Shown: positions 15,684 through 25,001, counted from the stretch's first letter. The stretch: 56,105 nucleotides of DNA from Candidatus Adlerbacteria bacterium (GCA_903884345.1 CAISEE010000001.1:1-56105), one strand, 5' to 3'. Program-made: numbers and translations. Notes: generated by a model from the letters alone, not told the origin.

Positions 15684-17078
15684 CTACGGGAAAGGGCACA
15701 GTAGTGTGGATCGCGGCTGCACACCGTGAAGGACCGGGCGACTAAAGGTCTCGGTGAGTGCGAACGGGTAGCTGTTGGGGATAATCGCGCGCACCGCATG
15801 GTAGTGGTAGTCGGCCAGGTATCCTTTGGTTGATTCGTAGACGTAGACGTCGCCGAAGGTACGCGTCGCGTAGGCCACGATATCGAAATCGAGCGGCACG
15901 TCGTGCGCAGCCGAGTAAGGCTTCAGCGCCCCGCGCAGACACCGCGCGTCGAGTGTGTCGACGAACGCGCCCCGGTCGTAGAGCAAAATCCGATCCCGTG
16001 CCATGCCGTGCGCGGTATCGAGGAAGTCATGTCGTACACCCTCGATCGTGTGTGGCTCGACGTGGTTGCCGCCGCGGATGGTCGTCTGTCTGCTCCAGAG
16101 GTAGGTCGACACCGCCTCGCCAACCGCGCGTTCAATCGCACCAAGAAGCGTTACCGAGGTCGATGCACCGACCGACCAGCCGCCGAACTTCTCGAGCACG
16201 CACACGACGGTCGGCAGCTTCGCTGCGTTCGTGTAGTCGAGCAAATGTGTTTTGAATCCTGCGGCATGAAGGTCTCGTATCACTGCAACAACCGACTCCC
16301 CTTCGGGAATCGTGCGCGGGTCAATCTGGTCGACCGCCTCGTCGCGATACCAGGCGGCAAGAAAGAAGTGCCGGTGCGTGATCTCAAAAATAGCGGAGCG
16401 CAGTGCCGCCGCATACGAATGCCCTGCACCCGCCCCATGCGTCGTTTGCTGCAACATCGCCTTCTCGTTCGGATACGCGTAGTGATTCCCGAAGAACACC
16501 GTTTGTGCGGGGACGAGACACGCGGCCCCGTCGCGGAGTCGGCGAGCCGACACCCACGAAAAAACATCCGACGCGTCGATGCGACACTCGGGGAATGCGT
16601 CTTTTTGCGCCTCGGTCGGCTGCGCGAATGAGTCGCTCGAGACGAAGGCCGCATGTTTTTTCGCGAGCTCGTGCTGTGAGGCGACGACGATTGGCACATC
16701 GTCGGGGTACTTCAGCGCCGTGCGCTCGAAGAGCTCACCCAGTGCCTTGGCGCATGCCTCCATGTAGTCGGTCGAGGTGCCACGACAGTAGCGACTCGCG
16801 TCGGTGGTGTGGAGGTACACATCATGAAACGTCGTCTGCTTGAGTGTAAAGTTGCTGTACTCGATCGGTTTGTCGATCAAGAGACCGAGCGCCACCAATT
16901 CGGACAGCATAATCCCCAGCAGCAGCTCATCGCAACTCGACGGGTTCGCGTAGTCGAGGTAGAGCAGCTTCGCCACACGAGCGGCCGAGAGGTCGCGAGG
17001 CAGGTACAAAAACTTCGAGCCGCGTTTTCGACGCGCATCAATGAGCATCTCGCGTGCCTGGTTAGTCCATGTGGTCAT
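15684..17078 (-). CDS. YcaO-family protein B (divergent active-site motif)
   Basis: 464 aa. GELFERT is conserved, but the position of ExxERD in YcaO-A reads FEITHRHFF. C-terminus LLCPFP. Its start overlaps the stop of the upstream 299-aa ORF (ATGA). Confidence 0.8.
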   Translation of the reverse strand: MTTWTNQAREMLIDARRKRGSKFLYLPRDLSAARVAKLLYLDYANPSSCDELLLGIMLSELVALGLLIDKPIEYSNFTLKQTTFHDVYLHTTDASRYCRGTSTDYMEACAKALGELFERTALKYPDDVPIVVASQHELAKKHAAFVSSDSFAQPTEAQKDAFPECRIDASDVFSWVSARRLRDGAACLVPAQTVFFGNHYAYPNEKAMLQQTTHGAGAGHSYAAALRSAIFEITHRHFFLAAWYRDEAVDQIDPRTIPEGESVVAVIRDLHAAGFKTHLLDYTNAAKLPTVVCVLEKFGGWSVGASTSVTLLGAIERAVGEAVSTYLWSRQTTIRGGNHVEPHTIEGVRHDFLDTAHGMARDRILLYDRGAFVDTLDARCLRGALKPYSAAHDVPLDFDIVAYATRTFGDVYVYESTKGYLADYHYHAVRAIIPNSYPFALTETFSRPVLHGVQPRSTLLCPFP

Positions 17079-17974
17079 AGGGTTTCGTAGAGATTACAGA
17101 ACGCATGCAAACGGTGTGCGCTGGTGTCGAGGCACAGGTACTGCGAATCGGCGCGCTCGGTAAAAAGTGAGTGGGCAAGCGCCGCCTGGTCGGGCCGCAC
17201 GAACGTGCCGAATCGCGACAGTCGGCGACCGGCAAGAAACGCCTCGCACTCGCCAAGTCGCGCGCTCGATTGACGCCGTGCGAAATGCTCCATGCATTTT
17301 GCCACTCCCGAAGCCGAGATGTCGGTGCGAGAAAGATACCCCGCGTCGAACAAACGCTCGACGCGCGACGCCGCGAGTGCGAGTAGTGTGTCGTCGACAT
17401 GTCCCGTCCACGCGCTGACTTCAGAGAAGTGAAACGGGAGATACTGCGCCCCGTCGCTGCTGCGCAGCCAATACTCAAACACCTTACGCGACTCGTAAAA
17501 AAGATTTGTTGAAAATGGATAAGTTGTGCGCAGTGCTTTGCACTCGAGATAGGCCGAGACGTATATGTACGTTAAGACGGGGTAGGTAAAGAGGTTGGCA
17601 TGCGGGCGCGCCGCAAACGAATCGATGAGCTCTGTCGCATCGTCGCCAAGCTGCGCAAGAAAGCGCATCCCGTAGAGGTCGACGTAGAGCATGTCTTTGG
17701 GCAACCCTTTCACCTTGGCTTCGTCGTAGAGCGACCAGAACACGGCTCGCAGCGCCGCAACTCGCTCGCGTGGGACGAATCCAAAGCGGCTCGCTCGTGC
17801 GAGCGAAAAGAGCACGAACATAGCCCGCGGATAGTCGGGAGCGCTGGATTTGTTGATATGAATCGAGACCGCCGGAGGGTCTACCGAGATGAACGTATCG
17901 AGAATGCCGATTTCGCGGGCAATGCGGGACCGAAGCGTCTTAGTCGAAATCGAGTCCATGGGCACATGATACAC
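17075..17974 (-). CDS. hypothetical protein translationally coupled to YcaO-B
   Basis: 299-aa ORF with no motif I recognise and a helical-looking composition. The 4-nt ATGA overlap with YcaO-B implies co-translation. Confidence 0.6.
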   Translation of the reverse strand: MYHVPMDSISTKTLRSRIAREIGILDTFISVDPPAVSIHINKSSAPDYPRAMFVLFSLARASRFGFVPRERVAALRAVFWSLYDEAKVKGLPKDMLYVDLYGMRFLAQLGDDATELIDSFAARPHANLFTYPVLTYIYVSAYLECKALRTTYPFSTNLFYESRKVFEYWLRSSDGAQYLPFHFSEVSAWTGHVDDTLLALAASRVERLFDAGYLSRTDISASGVAKCMEHFARRQSSARLGECEAFLAGRRLSRFGTFVRPDQAALAHSLFTERADSQYLCLDTSAHRLHAFCNLYETL

Positions 17975-18002
17975 CGTCCCCGCTGCTTAAAACAGAAGTA
18001 CA

Positions 18003-18971
18003 CTACTGCCAGTCAGTAATTGCTGTCGTGCCCGCCGCGTAGGGGGAAAGGTCGAAAATACGTGTCGCGGTAGCGCTTTTTTGATCGAGAAGAGCGATTG
18101 ATTGCGAAGTGCCGCTTGATTGCACGTACGCGATGAAGTTACCGTCTTGTGAAAAAATCGGCCACTGTGCTTCTGTGTCGACCACGCGCTCGAGCTGCCC
18201 CGAAAAGGGCTGCCACGATGACACATGCATCACGTAGAGCTTCCCCTCCTCGGGCACGGCCCACGCGATGCGGTCGCCTTGAGGCGAGATCGCGAACTGA
18301 TCGTCGAGCGTCGCCGCGCCGTTAAGAATAGTCCACACCTTCTGCGCACTCGCGGCGGTTGCGAGGTAGATGCCATCATCGCGCAGGAGCGCCACCCCGG
18401 CGACGTTCGGGACGACGGCGGGCAGCACTCCGGCACTCAAACGCAGACCCTTGTCGGTCGCAGAGTCAAAGACGTACGTGGTGAACGACTCCGGGTCGGT
18501 GCCCAGCGCATCGGCATCTTGCCCGCTGTAGACGTAGTGCGCCCAGGCCGGCACAAAGAGCGGATCGCGCTTGCTGAGCGACGGCGTGTCGGTGAGGCGC
18601 GTCGTGGTCGTGCCCGAGAGCAGCGCCAATTGCGGCGTCGTCAAATACCTCTTGCCGATGTGGTCGGTCACGAAGAGAATCCCGTGCGGCGTCACCCGAG
18701 GCATCTCTGCACTCCCCCGCAAGGGCACAAGCACGGGGTGCAGCACATGATCGGCCAGCGAGAGCGTGTAGATGCCCGATGTTGTTTTAGCGGTTGGCGT
18801 GAGCGTGAGGTAGAGCGTCCCCTGCGGCTGCGCCGACGGCGAGAGCCACCAGGGAAATGTCTGATGCCCGCGAATAAACAGCACACCCGCGACGAGTGTC
18901 GCGAGGAGTGCTGCTGCAATGAAGAGTGCGCCCGGGAAGAATCGACCCATAGGAGCGTCCCTATTACTCAT
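18003..18971 (-). CDS. membrane-anchored TolB/PD40-like beta-propeller protein
   Basis: 322 aa with N-terminal TM FFPGALFIAAALLATLVAGVLFI. PD40-like strands follow (SPQGDRIAWAVPEEGKLYVMH, SQDGNFIAYVQSSGTSQSIALLD). Confidence 0.6.
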   Translation of the reverse strand: MSNRDAPMGRFFPGALFIAAALLATLVAGVLFIRGHQTFPWWLSPSAQPQGTLYLTLTPTAKTTSGIYTLSLADHVLHPVLVPLRGSAEMPRVTPHGILFVTDHIGKRYLTTPQLALLSGTTTTRLTDTPSLSKRDPLFVPAWAHYVYSGQDADALGTDPESFTTYVFDSATDKGLRLSAGVLPAVVPNVAGVALLRDDGIYLATAASAQKVWTILNGAATLDDQFAISPQGDRIAWAVPEEGKLYVMHVSSWQPFSGQLERVVDTEAQWPIFSQDGNFIAYVQSSGTSQSIALLDQKSATATRIFDLSPYAAGTTAITDWQ

Positions 18972-21387
18972 TGTACATCGGGTCGAGCGAGACGGTCATG
19001 CTGAGCGACGGAGTGGAGCCGTCCTGCGCATTACAGCTCAAGGTGTAGATCGCGGACGTCTGAACGTTAGTGATTGTCTGTGTCGTCGTCGCGATCGCGT
19101 TGTTGACGGCATTCGTCGTGATTGGGCTGTTCGGCACCGTAATGCCTGAGAGGGCGCAGTTGTTGACGTGCGTTGCCGAGTAGCTGACCGTAAAGCTGCC
19201 ACCCTTTCGCACGCGCATCTGAGATGCCGTCATGTAGAGGAACGCGGGGTTAAGTTGCGTAGCCGAGCACGAGGGCGAGTTGCCGATCGGGGTGCCACTG
19301 CCGTTGCACGACCAGTTCCACGGGCCGGAGCCGCTTGGCGTCACGCTCGGGGTACCGGCAGCGCAGAGGTTCGTGGTCGGTGCCGTCGCGAATGACTGAC
19401 CGTTCGCCGTACCGCAGACGCCGTTGATGGTGGTTGCGGCCGCGCTTGCGCACGAGGGCGAGCTGCCGGTCGGTGTGCCGCTACCAAGACAGGTCCACTG
19501 GAAACCGCTGGAACTATTGCCGCTTTGACCGCTGAGCGTACCCGACGAACATGCGGCAGCGCCGTATGGTGCGGTCGTCACGTACACGCCGTTGGCGGTG
19601 CCACACGCACCGTTGACGGTGGTGGCAGCCAAGGTCGCGCAGTTGGCGGTCGAACCGGTCGGCGTGCCTGAGCCCGTGCAGCTCCATGACCATGGGTTGC
19701 TGCCGCTGACGGCGCTGGCACTGCCTGAGGTGCAGAGTCCCGAAGCCGGCTTCGTTGCGGTATACACACCGTTCGATGCGCCGCAAGCACCATTGACGGT
19801 CGAGACGCAGGTCGCCGACGTCATGGCGTTGACGTTGAAGTTCATCGTCCCGTTGCGTCCCGGACTTACCCATGCGCTACGCGCCACGTTGATGGGGGCC
19901 GTCACAGTGACCGAGGTACCTGTGATGCCATCGAGATAACAATCGCCCGCCGAGTAACTCCAACCACTCGGACACTGTGCCGCTGAAGTAAACCCGTTTA
20001 GGTTTGCGCGATAGATGCTGGCACCCGGGACCGCGGCCCAAGCGATGGTGATCTGGGTTCCGCCCGAGACGCATGTCTCGGTGATTGAAGTCGGTGCCGG
20101 GAGCGCGGTGCAGTCGATGGTGGCAGACGCCGCCGTACTGCTGTAGTTGCCGCTGTTCGTATCGGTTTGCGACCATGCGCTGTACACGGTCCCTGGCGTC
20201 GCGGCGAATGATGCAGCCGTACTTGGGTACCCGTTGAGCATACACGTCTTGTTGTCGGTGTACATGGTCCACCCCGACGGGCATTTGTTTCCTGGCCAAC
20301 TATTGAGATAGAGGCGCGTATAGAACGTCGTGTAGTAGGACGATGGCGAAGTCCAGCTAAACGTGGCCGAGGTGCCATCAGCACTGCAGGTACCGACGGG
20401 ACTGGTCGGCGCCGGGGGGCTGCATGCGGGGTCCCCGTTCGGATTCGACAAGTAACGGTAGTTTCGATTGGCTTGCGGGACGAGGTTGTCATACTGCCAC
20501 CAGGTCCAGTCATTGACGGAATGATTGTTTGGGCCGCTGCAGTACGTTGTCCAGTTTGCGGGGCAGGAAAACGTTAACGAATTTGATGCAGCAGACCAAT
20601 TGCCGGCATAGTTTGCAAACACGAATGCCGAGTAGTTGCCCTCGGCCGGCAAACCGGTAACCCATGCCTGTCCACTCTGGACGTTGGGGAGGCCGCAATA
20701 CAAATCTGTTCCACTCTTCGTCCAATACGCCCACCCCGTGGGGCAGCCACCCCCGTAAGGAATTTTTATGGTCGGCTGCCACCACGAATTATTCGCCGCA
20801 CCTGCCCAGGTTAGCAGCGCGTTACCGCCGGCGCATTGAACATTGAGCATGGTCGGCGTCCCCACCGGAGGAGGCGGGCTTGGTACCGTAAATCCCATGT
20901 CATAGGTACTGGAATCCCATACGGCGGACCACGGATTCCACCCGCTGCCCGTGAAGTGCAGCACGTACCACCCCGGGGTGGACGGCGCGGTAAAAGTCAC
21001 ACTTCCGGTAATCCCGGGCATCAAACCATCGGCTTCGAGACCGCCGTATATAAGGTTCCAATCAGTTGCCATGGTAGGGCTCCCGCTCATGAGCGTCTGC
21101 TGCGGCCAACTGCCCCACTCCGCCTGAACGTACAGGTTCGCCAACGAAACAGCGCCGGATTGATTATCACACTCCGCGACTTGTGTTTCGGACGTAACCG
21201 TAATCGTCTGACCCGGGGCATATGTCGACCCCACGTTCACGGTATTGTAGTACAACACATTGCCATTCGGGTCGGCATCCCAAAACGTATCCGCCTTCGC
21301 ATGATGCATCGGCGCAAACAACCCCGCAACCGCAATAAGCGCGGCGGCGAGGCTCATGAGCGACGATGTATAAATTTTGCTACGCAT
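18964..21387 (-). CDS. large secreted modular surface protein
   Basis: ATG at 21387 (MRSKIYTSSLMSLAAALIAVAGLFAPMHHAKA signal) is preferred over 21471. The N-terminal ~190-aa domain is paralogous to 25158..26519. Three NG.CG repeats and a C-terminal module are shared with 5049..6182 and 25158..26519. Confidence 0.75.
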   Translation of the reverse strand: MRSKIYTSSLMSLAAALIAVAGLFAPMHHAKADTFWDADPNGNVLYYNTVNVGSTYAPGQTITVTSETQVAECDNQSGAVSLANLYVQAEWGSWPQQTLMSGSPTMATDWNLIYGGLEADGLMPGITGSVTFTAPSTPGWYVLHFTGSGWNPWSAVWDSSTYDMGFTVPSPPPPVGTPTMLNVQCAGGNALLTWAGAANNSWWQPTIKIPYGGGCPTGWAYWTKSGTDLYCGLPNVQSGQAWVTGLPAEGNYSAFVFANYAGNWSAASNSLTFSCPANWTTYCSGPNNHSVNDWTWWQYDNLVPQANRNYRYLSNPNGDPACSPPAPTSPVGTCSADGTSATFSWTSPSSYYTTFYTRLYLNSWPGNKCPSGWTMYTDNKTCMLNGYPSTAASFAATPGTVYSAWSQTDTNSGNYSSTAASATIDCTALPAPTSITETCVSGGTQITIAWAAVPGASIYRANLNGFTSAAQCPSGWSYSAGDCYLDGITGTSVTVTAPINVARSAWVSPGRNGTMNFNVNAMTSATCVSTVNGACGASNGVYTATKPASGLCTSGSASAVSGSNPWSWSCTGSGTPTGSTANCATLAATTVNGACGTANGVYVTTAPYGAAACSSGTLSGQSGNSSSGFQWTCLGSGTPTGSSPSCASAAATTINGVCGTANGQSFATAPTTNLCAAGTPSVTPSGSGPWNWSCNGSGTPIGNSPSCSATQLNPAFLYMTASQMRVRKGGSFTVSYSATHVNNCALSGITVPNSPITTNAVNNAIATTTQTITNVQTSAIYTLSCNAQDGSTPSLSMTVSLDPMYNE
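19255..19797 (-). repeat. three tandem ~60-aa Cys-rich coding repeats (NG.CG..NG...C...W.W.C.GSGTP.G....C)
   Basis: VNGACGASNGVYTAT...WSWSCTGSGTPTGSTANC / VNGACGTANGVYVTT...FQWTCLGSGTPTGSSPSC / INGVCGTANGQSFAT...WNWSCNGSGTPIGNSPSC, read from the translated ORF. Confidence 0.8.
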
Positions 21388-22735
21388 GGAGGAGTGTTGA
21401 GCGACGTGCACGGTACCACACGGCAACGCAGATGATAATGAGCACAAGCACTGCAGCACCGGCTTCTTCAATCACGTGGGCATCGAGGCCTGCCTTCGCT
21501 GTCGAGATGCGCGTCAATTCGCCGTGGGCCAGCACGGTGCCGTCGGCGCTCAGAAGGTCGATTGAAAGGTGCGGGTCGACGCAGGTGCGCGTTATTGGCA
21601 TCGGCAGTTTGACCTGGAAGCCCAGCGGCAGCGCCACTGTTTGTGCCGCGGCGCACTCGGCGCCTTTGCCATCTTGCAGGGTCAGGCGTACGGTCGTGGC
21701 CGAGATTTTGGTTGCTCCGCCGCGCGAGCCCGGGAATCCGTCGGCCGAGGGCGTCCACAGGAACGAAACGTTGGCGGTCGCGCCCGAGGCGTACTCATCC
21801 TGATCGAGTGAAATCGTCTGGAGCGTTGCGCTCATGCCCTGTATGACGTAGTGGACGTCGATGTCGTTTGAAGCTGTCTGCCCGTCTTTAAGGGCAACGA
21901 GCACATCGTAGGACTGCGGATTGGTCGCCTTGGGCAGCACCAGCGCAATCGTTTTGGTCTCGTCTGCGGCAAGTGCGACCGGCGTGATATCTCCCCCGTT
22001 TGCCGCCACTACCGCGCCGTAAATCGAGCGGAAGTGCGTCTCGTAGGAAGGCGTTAGTGAGAGCGGCGACGTGCCGAAATTCTTGACGCTACAATTGAGT
22101 TGCAGCGACTCGGTCTTGGCGATGTCGACACCTTGCGGCAGGGTGTACTTAGGCGAACCCTTCTCGCCCGGGATAGTGAGGTAGCAGGTATTGGGCAAAA
22201 ACCCGACGCCGCTCGTGGCACCCGAAAGCGTCACAACTCCTGCCGAGGTGACGCCGAGCGGAAAGCCGGTGTCGCTCTTGCTCTGAAGGATAACCTCATA
22301 GCTGCCCGAGAGGCTCGCAGGCGCCGTGTAGACGATGTCTTTGTGCACGGTGACGTTCTCGCCGAGGACGACGACGTCGGAGTAGACGTGCGTGTCGACG
22401 ACTGACTTGCCTTTGGTCGATGAGGCGATGAGCGAGACGCTGTAGAGGACGCTCGGCTGGGCGATTTGGCGGTTGGAGAAGTCGAACGAAATATGAATCG
22501 TACGATTATCTTGCGAGGAGATTACCGCATTTTGCATGTTGACCGTCGCCACCAACACGGCTTTCGACGAGGTCGCAACCGACGCTGCCGTCGCGGGTGT
22601 CAGCGGCACGATCGTCGGAGCCGGCGGGACGGTCGCGGCACGAGCCTGCGCCGAGACCCCTGCGACACCCATGAACAGCGCGAGAACCAGTGATGTATAA
22701 AAAGAAACGCGGAAACTGTGTGTAATGGACTTCAT
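21380..22735 (-). CDS. surface protein with N-terminal signal and C-terminal TM anchor
   Basis: ATG at 22735 (MKSITHSFRVSFYTSLVLALFMGVAGVSAQA). A long beta-rich ectodomain follows. The C-terminal hydrophobic helix AAVLVLIIICVAVWY is followed by RARR. Confidence 0.65.
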   Translation of the reverse strand: MKSITHSFRVSFYTSLVLALFMGVAGVSAQARAATVPPAPTIVPLTPATAASVATSSKAVLVATVNMQNAVISSQDNRTIHISFDFSNRQIAQPSVLYSVSLIASSTKGKSVVDTHVYSDVVVLGENVTVHKDIVYTAPASLSGSYEVILQSKSDTGFPLGVTSAGVVTLSGATSGVGFLPNTCYLTIPGEKGSPKYTLPQGVDIAKTESLQLNCSVKNFGTSPLSLTPSYETHFRSIYGAVVAANGGDITPVALAADETKTIALVLPKATNPQSYDVLVALKDGQTASNDIDVHYVIQGMSATLQTISLDQDEYASGATANVSFLWTPSADGFPGSRGGATKISATTVRLTLQDGKGAECAAAQTVALPLGFQVKLPMPITRTCVDPHLSIDLLSADGTVLAHGELTRISTAKAGLDAHVIEEAGAAVLVLIIICVAVWYRARRSTLLHA

Positions 22736-22807
22736 TACGACTAAGAATATCACGCAGGTCAAAGCGTCGATGTCAGTTATCCACGTAGAAACCGTTACAC
22801 AGAGACG

Positions 22808-23674
22808 CTACAGTGCTGCGATGAACGCATCGAGGTCGCCCTCGAGCACCGACTCGGCGTCGTGCACCTCAACGCCCGAGCGATGATCTTTGACGAGTTT
22901 GTACGGGTGGAGCACGTACGAGCGAATCTGGCTCCCCCACTCGATTTTGGCGCCGTCAGTCGAGAGGTCGCTGATTTTTTCTTTACGCTCCTGCTCGAGC
23001 TGGTGCTGGAGTTTGGCTTTGACGATGGCGAGCGCTTTCTCTTTATTCGCTCCTTGCGTACGCTCGCCGTCGACGTGCGCCGAAATGCCGGTCGGCGTGT
23101 GGACGATGCGCACGGCCGTCTCGCGCTTGTTGACGTTTTGCCCGCCGGGGCCGCCCGAGCGCGCGAAGGTAACCTCGAGCTCAGTCTCGGGAATATCAAA
23201 ATTGGCCACCTTCTCGATGACGGGCAAGACCTCGACCAAGACGAACGAGGTCTGGCGCTTTTGCGAGGCGTTAAACGGCGAGATGCGCACGAGGCGATGC
23301 ACCCCGTACTCGTTCTTAATAGTGCCGTACACATTTTTGCCGGTCAGCTCGATCGAAAGATTGCGGAAGCCGCCGTGGTCGTTCTCGTTTTGGTGCAAGA
23401 CTCGCATGCCCCAGCCGCGCCGGTCGGCGAACTTCGAGTACATCTCAAAAAGCATCCGTGCGAAATCCTCGGCGTCGGCGCCGCCCGCACCCGCGACGAT
23501 GGTCACGATGGCGTTGCCACGCTCGTACGCGTCACCGCCTTCGGCCTGCGCCTTCGTCTCTTGCAGTTCTTTGATGAGCGCCTGGGCACGCACCTTGTCA
23601 GCCCAAAAATCCGGCTGCCCCATCGCTGCCTCGATTTCGGCGACGCGCGCCTCTAATTCCTCCTTTGATGCCAT
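22808..23674 (-). CDS. prfB: peptide chain release factor 2 (short form)
   Basis: 288 aa with the RF2-specific SPF tripeptide ([15 protein letters not shown]) and the GGQ motif (GPGGQNVNK). It is shorter than typical RF2 at the N-terminus/domain 1. Confidence 0.9.
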   Translation of the reverse strand: MASKEELEARVAEIEAAMGQPDFWADKVRAQALIKELQETKAQAEGGDAYERGNAIVTIVAGAGGADAEDFARMLFEMYSKFADRRGWGMRVLHQNENDHGGFRNLSIELTGKNVYGTIKNEYGVHRLVRISPFNASQKRQTSFVLVEVLPVIEKVANFDIPETELEVTFARSGGPGGQNVNKRETAVRIVHTPTGISAHVDGERTQGANKEKALAIVKAKLQHQLEQERKEKISDLSTDGAKIEWGSQIRSYVLHPYKLVKDHRSGVEVHDAESVLEGDLDAFIAAL

Positions 23675-23695
23675 AGCAGCTAGAATATACTACTT

Positions 23696-24979
23696 TTATG
23701 ATTTCGGCTCCATGCGACGACTCAGAGCCTGCCAAGCACTCGCGGGTTCGGCGTAGAGCAGCGGCAGGATTTCATCTTTAGCGTAGCCTTTGGCTTCGAG
23801 CGCTTCTATCGCTTGCGTCCAGCGAACGACATCGTCGCGGTATTCGTCGACGAAGACCTGCACGACCAACGGCTCGATGTCGGGCTCGGTGACATGCTGC
23901 AAGTCAAGTGCCCGCGCAGCGTCCATAATCTTCCCCTCGCCGACCGCCGCAAAAAGCTCGTCAAGAAACTCGCCTTGCAGCAACGCTCGTATTTGCCCAG
24001 GGATCGTCGCGATATTTTTTGCGTACGCAATCGTGTAATCGTACCCGGGCAACTGAAGCAAATCGTCCCGCGTATCGACGATCGAAGAACCATCCGCAAC
24101 GTGTGCGAGAATTTCATCGCGGACGATCCTGTCGAAGCCAATCTCTCGTCGAGATATGCGAACGAACCCGAGCAACAAAAGCTGAAGCGCCTCTCTTGGC
24201 GGGTGGTCCTGCGCAAGGATGCGCGTCGCAAACTCCAACTCGCTCTCGCGAAGCTCCAGCGGCGTAAAAAGTCTATCGAATTGATGCTGCTCTTCATGGC
24301 GTCGTGTGCGCAGCGAGTCGTGCTCGTTCTCGACAAGGTGCGTATTTTCGATGATGACCGTACCTGCCAATGCGTCGATCGCAACTCGCGGGATTGACCC
24401 GCCTCGAACCACAGACGCGGGTGACGTGCGCTCCTGCGCAACGGTCGACTCACCATCTTCGGCATTGTCACCCCGGTGCGCTCGATGAAAATCATCGGTC
24501 GAGAAACAGCGAAAACACAGTGTCATCGGCCCCTTCACGACCTCGACCGTACCCACGGGCGGCACCCCAAAGCAGGCTTCGTACAAATCGGCATCATTGG
24601 GATAGAGCGCGCGGTATGCCTCGACGGCCTCGTGCTTTTGCTCGTATGCCTCGATTGCGTTTGAAAAAAGTTTCACCTGCGCGGGCGTGAAGCGGTAGCG
24701 CGGCGCGCGTTCCTCGACGAGCGAGAGCAGCTCCTCGGCGCTCGCCGCGGGATTAGATTGCACACGCTCGAACAATGTCCGTACTGTCTCGGCGGTGCCG
24801 AGCGTTTGCTGCCGAAGCGACTCTTTGTAATCGACGAGACGCTCCTTTGAGGATTGCGCCGCTTTGGGCGCATGCCAAACCTGCACCAACTCTGCCTTCG
24901 GGTCGAAGGGCTGATACGACACAACGCGCCCCGGCGCGTGTTCGCGGTGGGACGCTTTGTGCTGCGGGCCATGTTCCAT
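23696..24979 (-). CDS. hypothetical protein with HExxH motif
   Basis: 427-aa ORF ending 21 nt before prfB. The only recognisable element is RRHEEQHQF (HExxH). Confidence 0.55.
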   Translation of the reverse strand: MEHGPQHKASHREHAPGRVVSYQPFDPKAELVQVWHAPKAAQSSKERLVDYKESLRQQTLGTAETVRTLFERVQSNPAASAEELLSLVEERAPRYRFTPAQVKLFSNAIEAYEQKHEAVEAYRALYPNDADLYEACFGVPPVGTVEVVKGPMTLCFRCFSTDDFHRAHRGDNAEDGESTVAQERTSPASVVRGGSIPRVAIDALAGTVIIENTHLVENEHDSLRTRRHEEQHQFDRLFTPLELRESELEFATRILAQDHPPREALQLLLLGFVRISRREIGFDRIVRDEILAHVADGSSIVDTRDDLLQLPGYDYTIAYAKNIATIPGQIRALLQGEFLDELFAAVGEGKIMDAARALDLQHVTEPDIEPLVVQVFVDEYRDDVVRWTQAIEALEAKGYAKDEILPLLYAEPASAWQALSRRMEPKS

Positions 24980-25001
24980 GGTGATAAAAAGAGACTATTT
25001 C

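Noticed and set aside
23675-23695. Searched for the canonical RF2 +1 frameshift site (CTT TGA C with an upstream SD) ahead of prfB.
   Set aside because: Only 21 nt (AAGTAGTATATTCTAGCTGCT on the coding strand) separate prfB from the preceding stop. There is no frameshift cassette and the whole RF2 reads in one frame.
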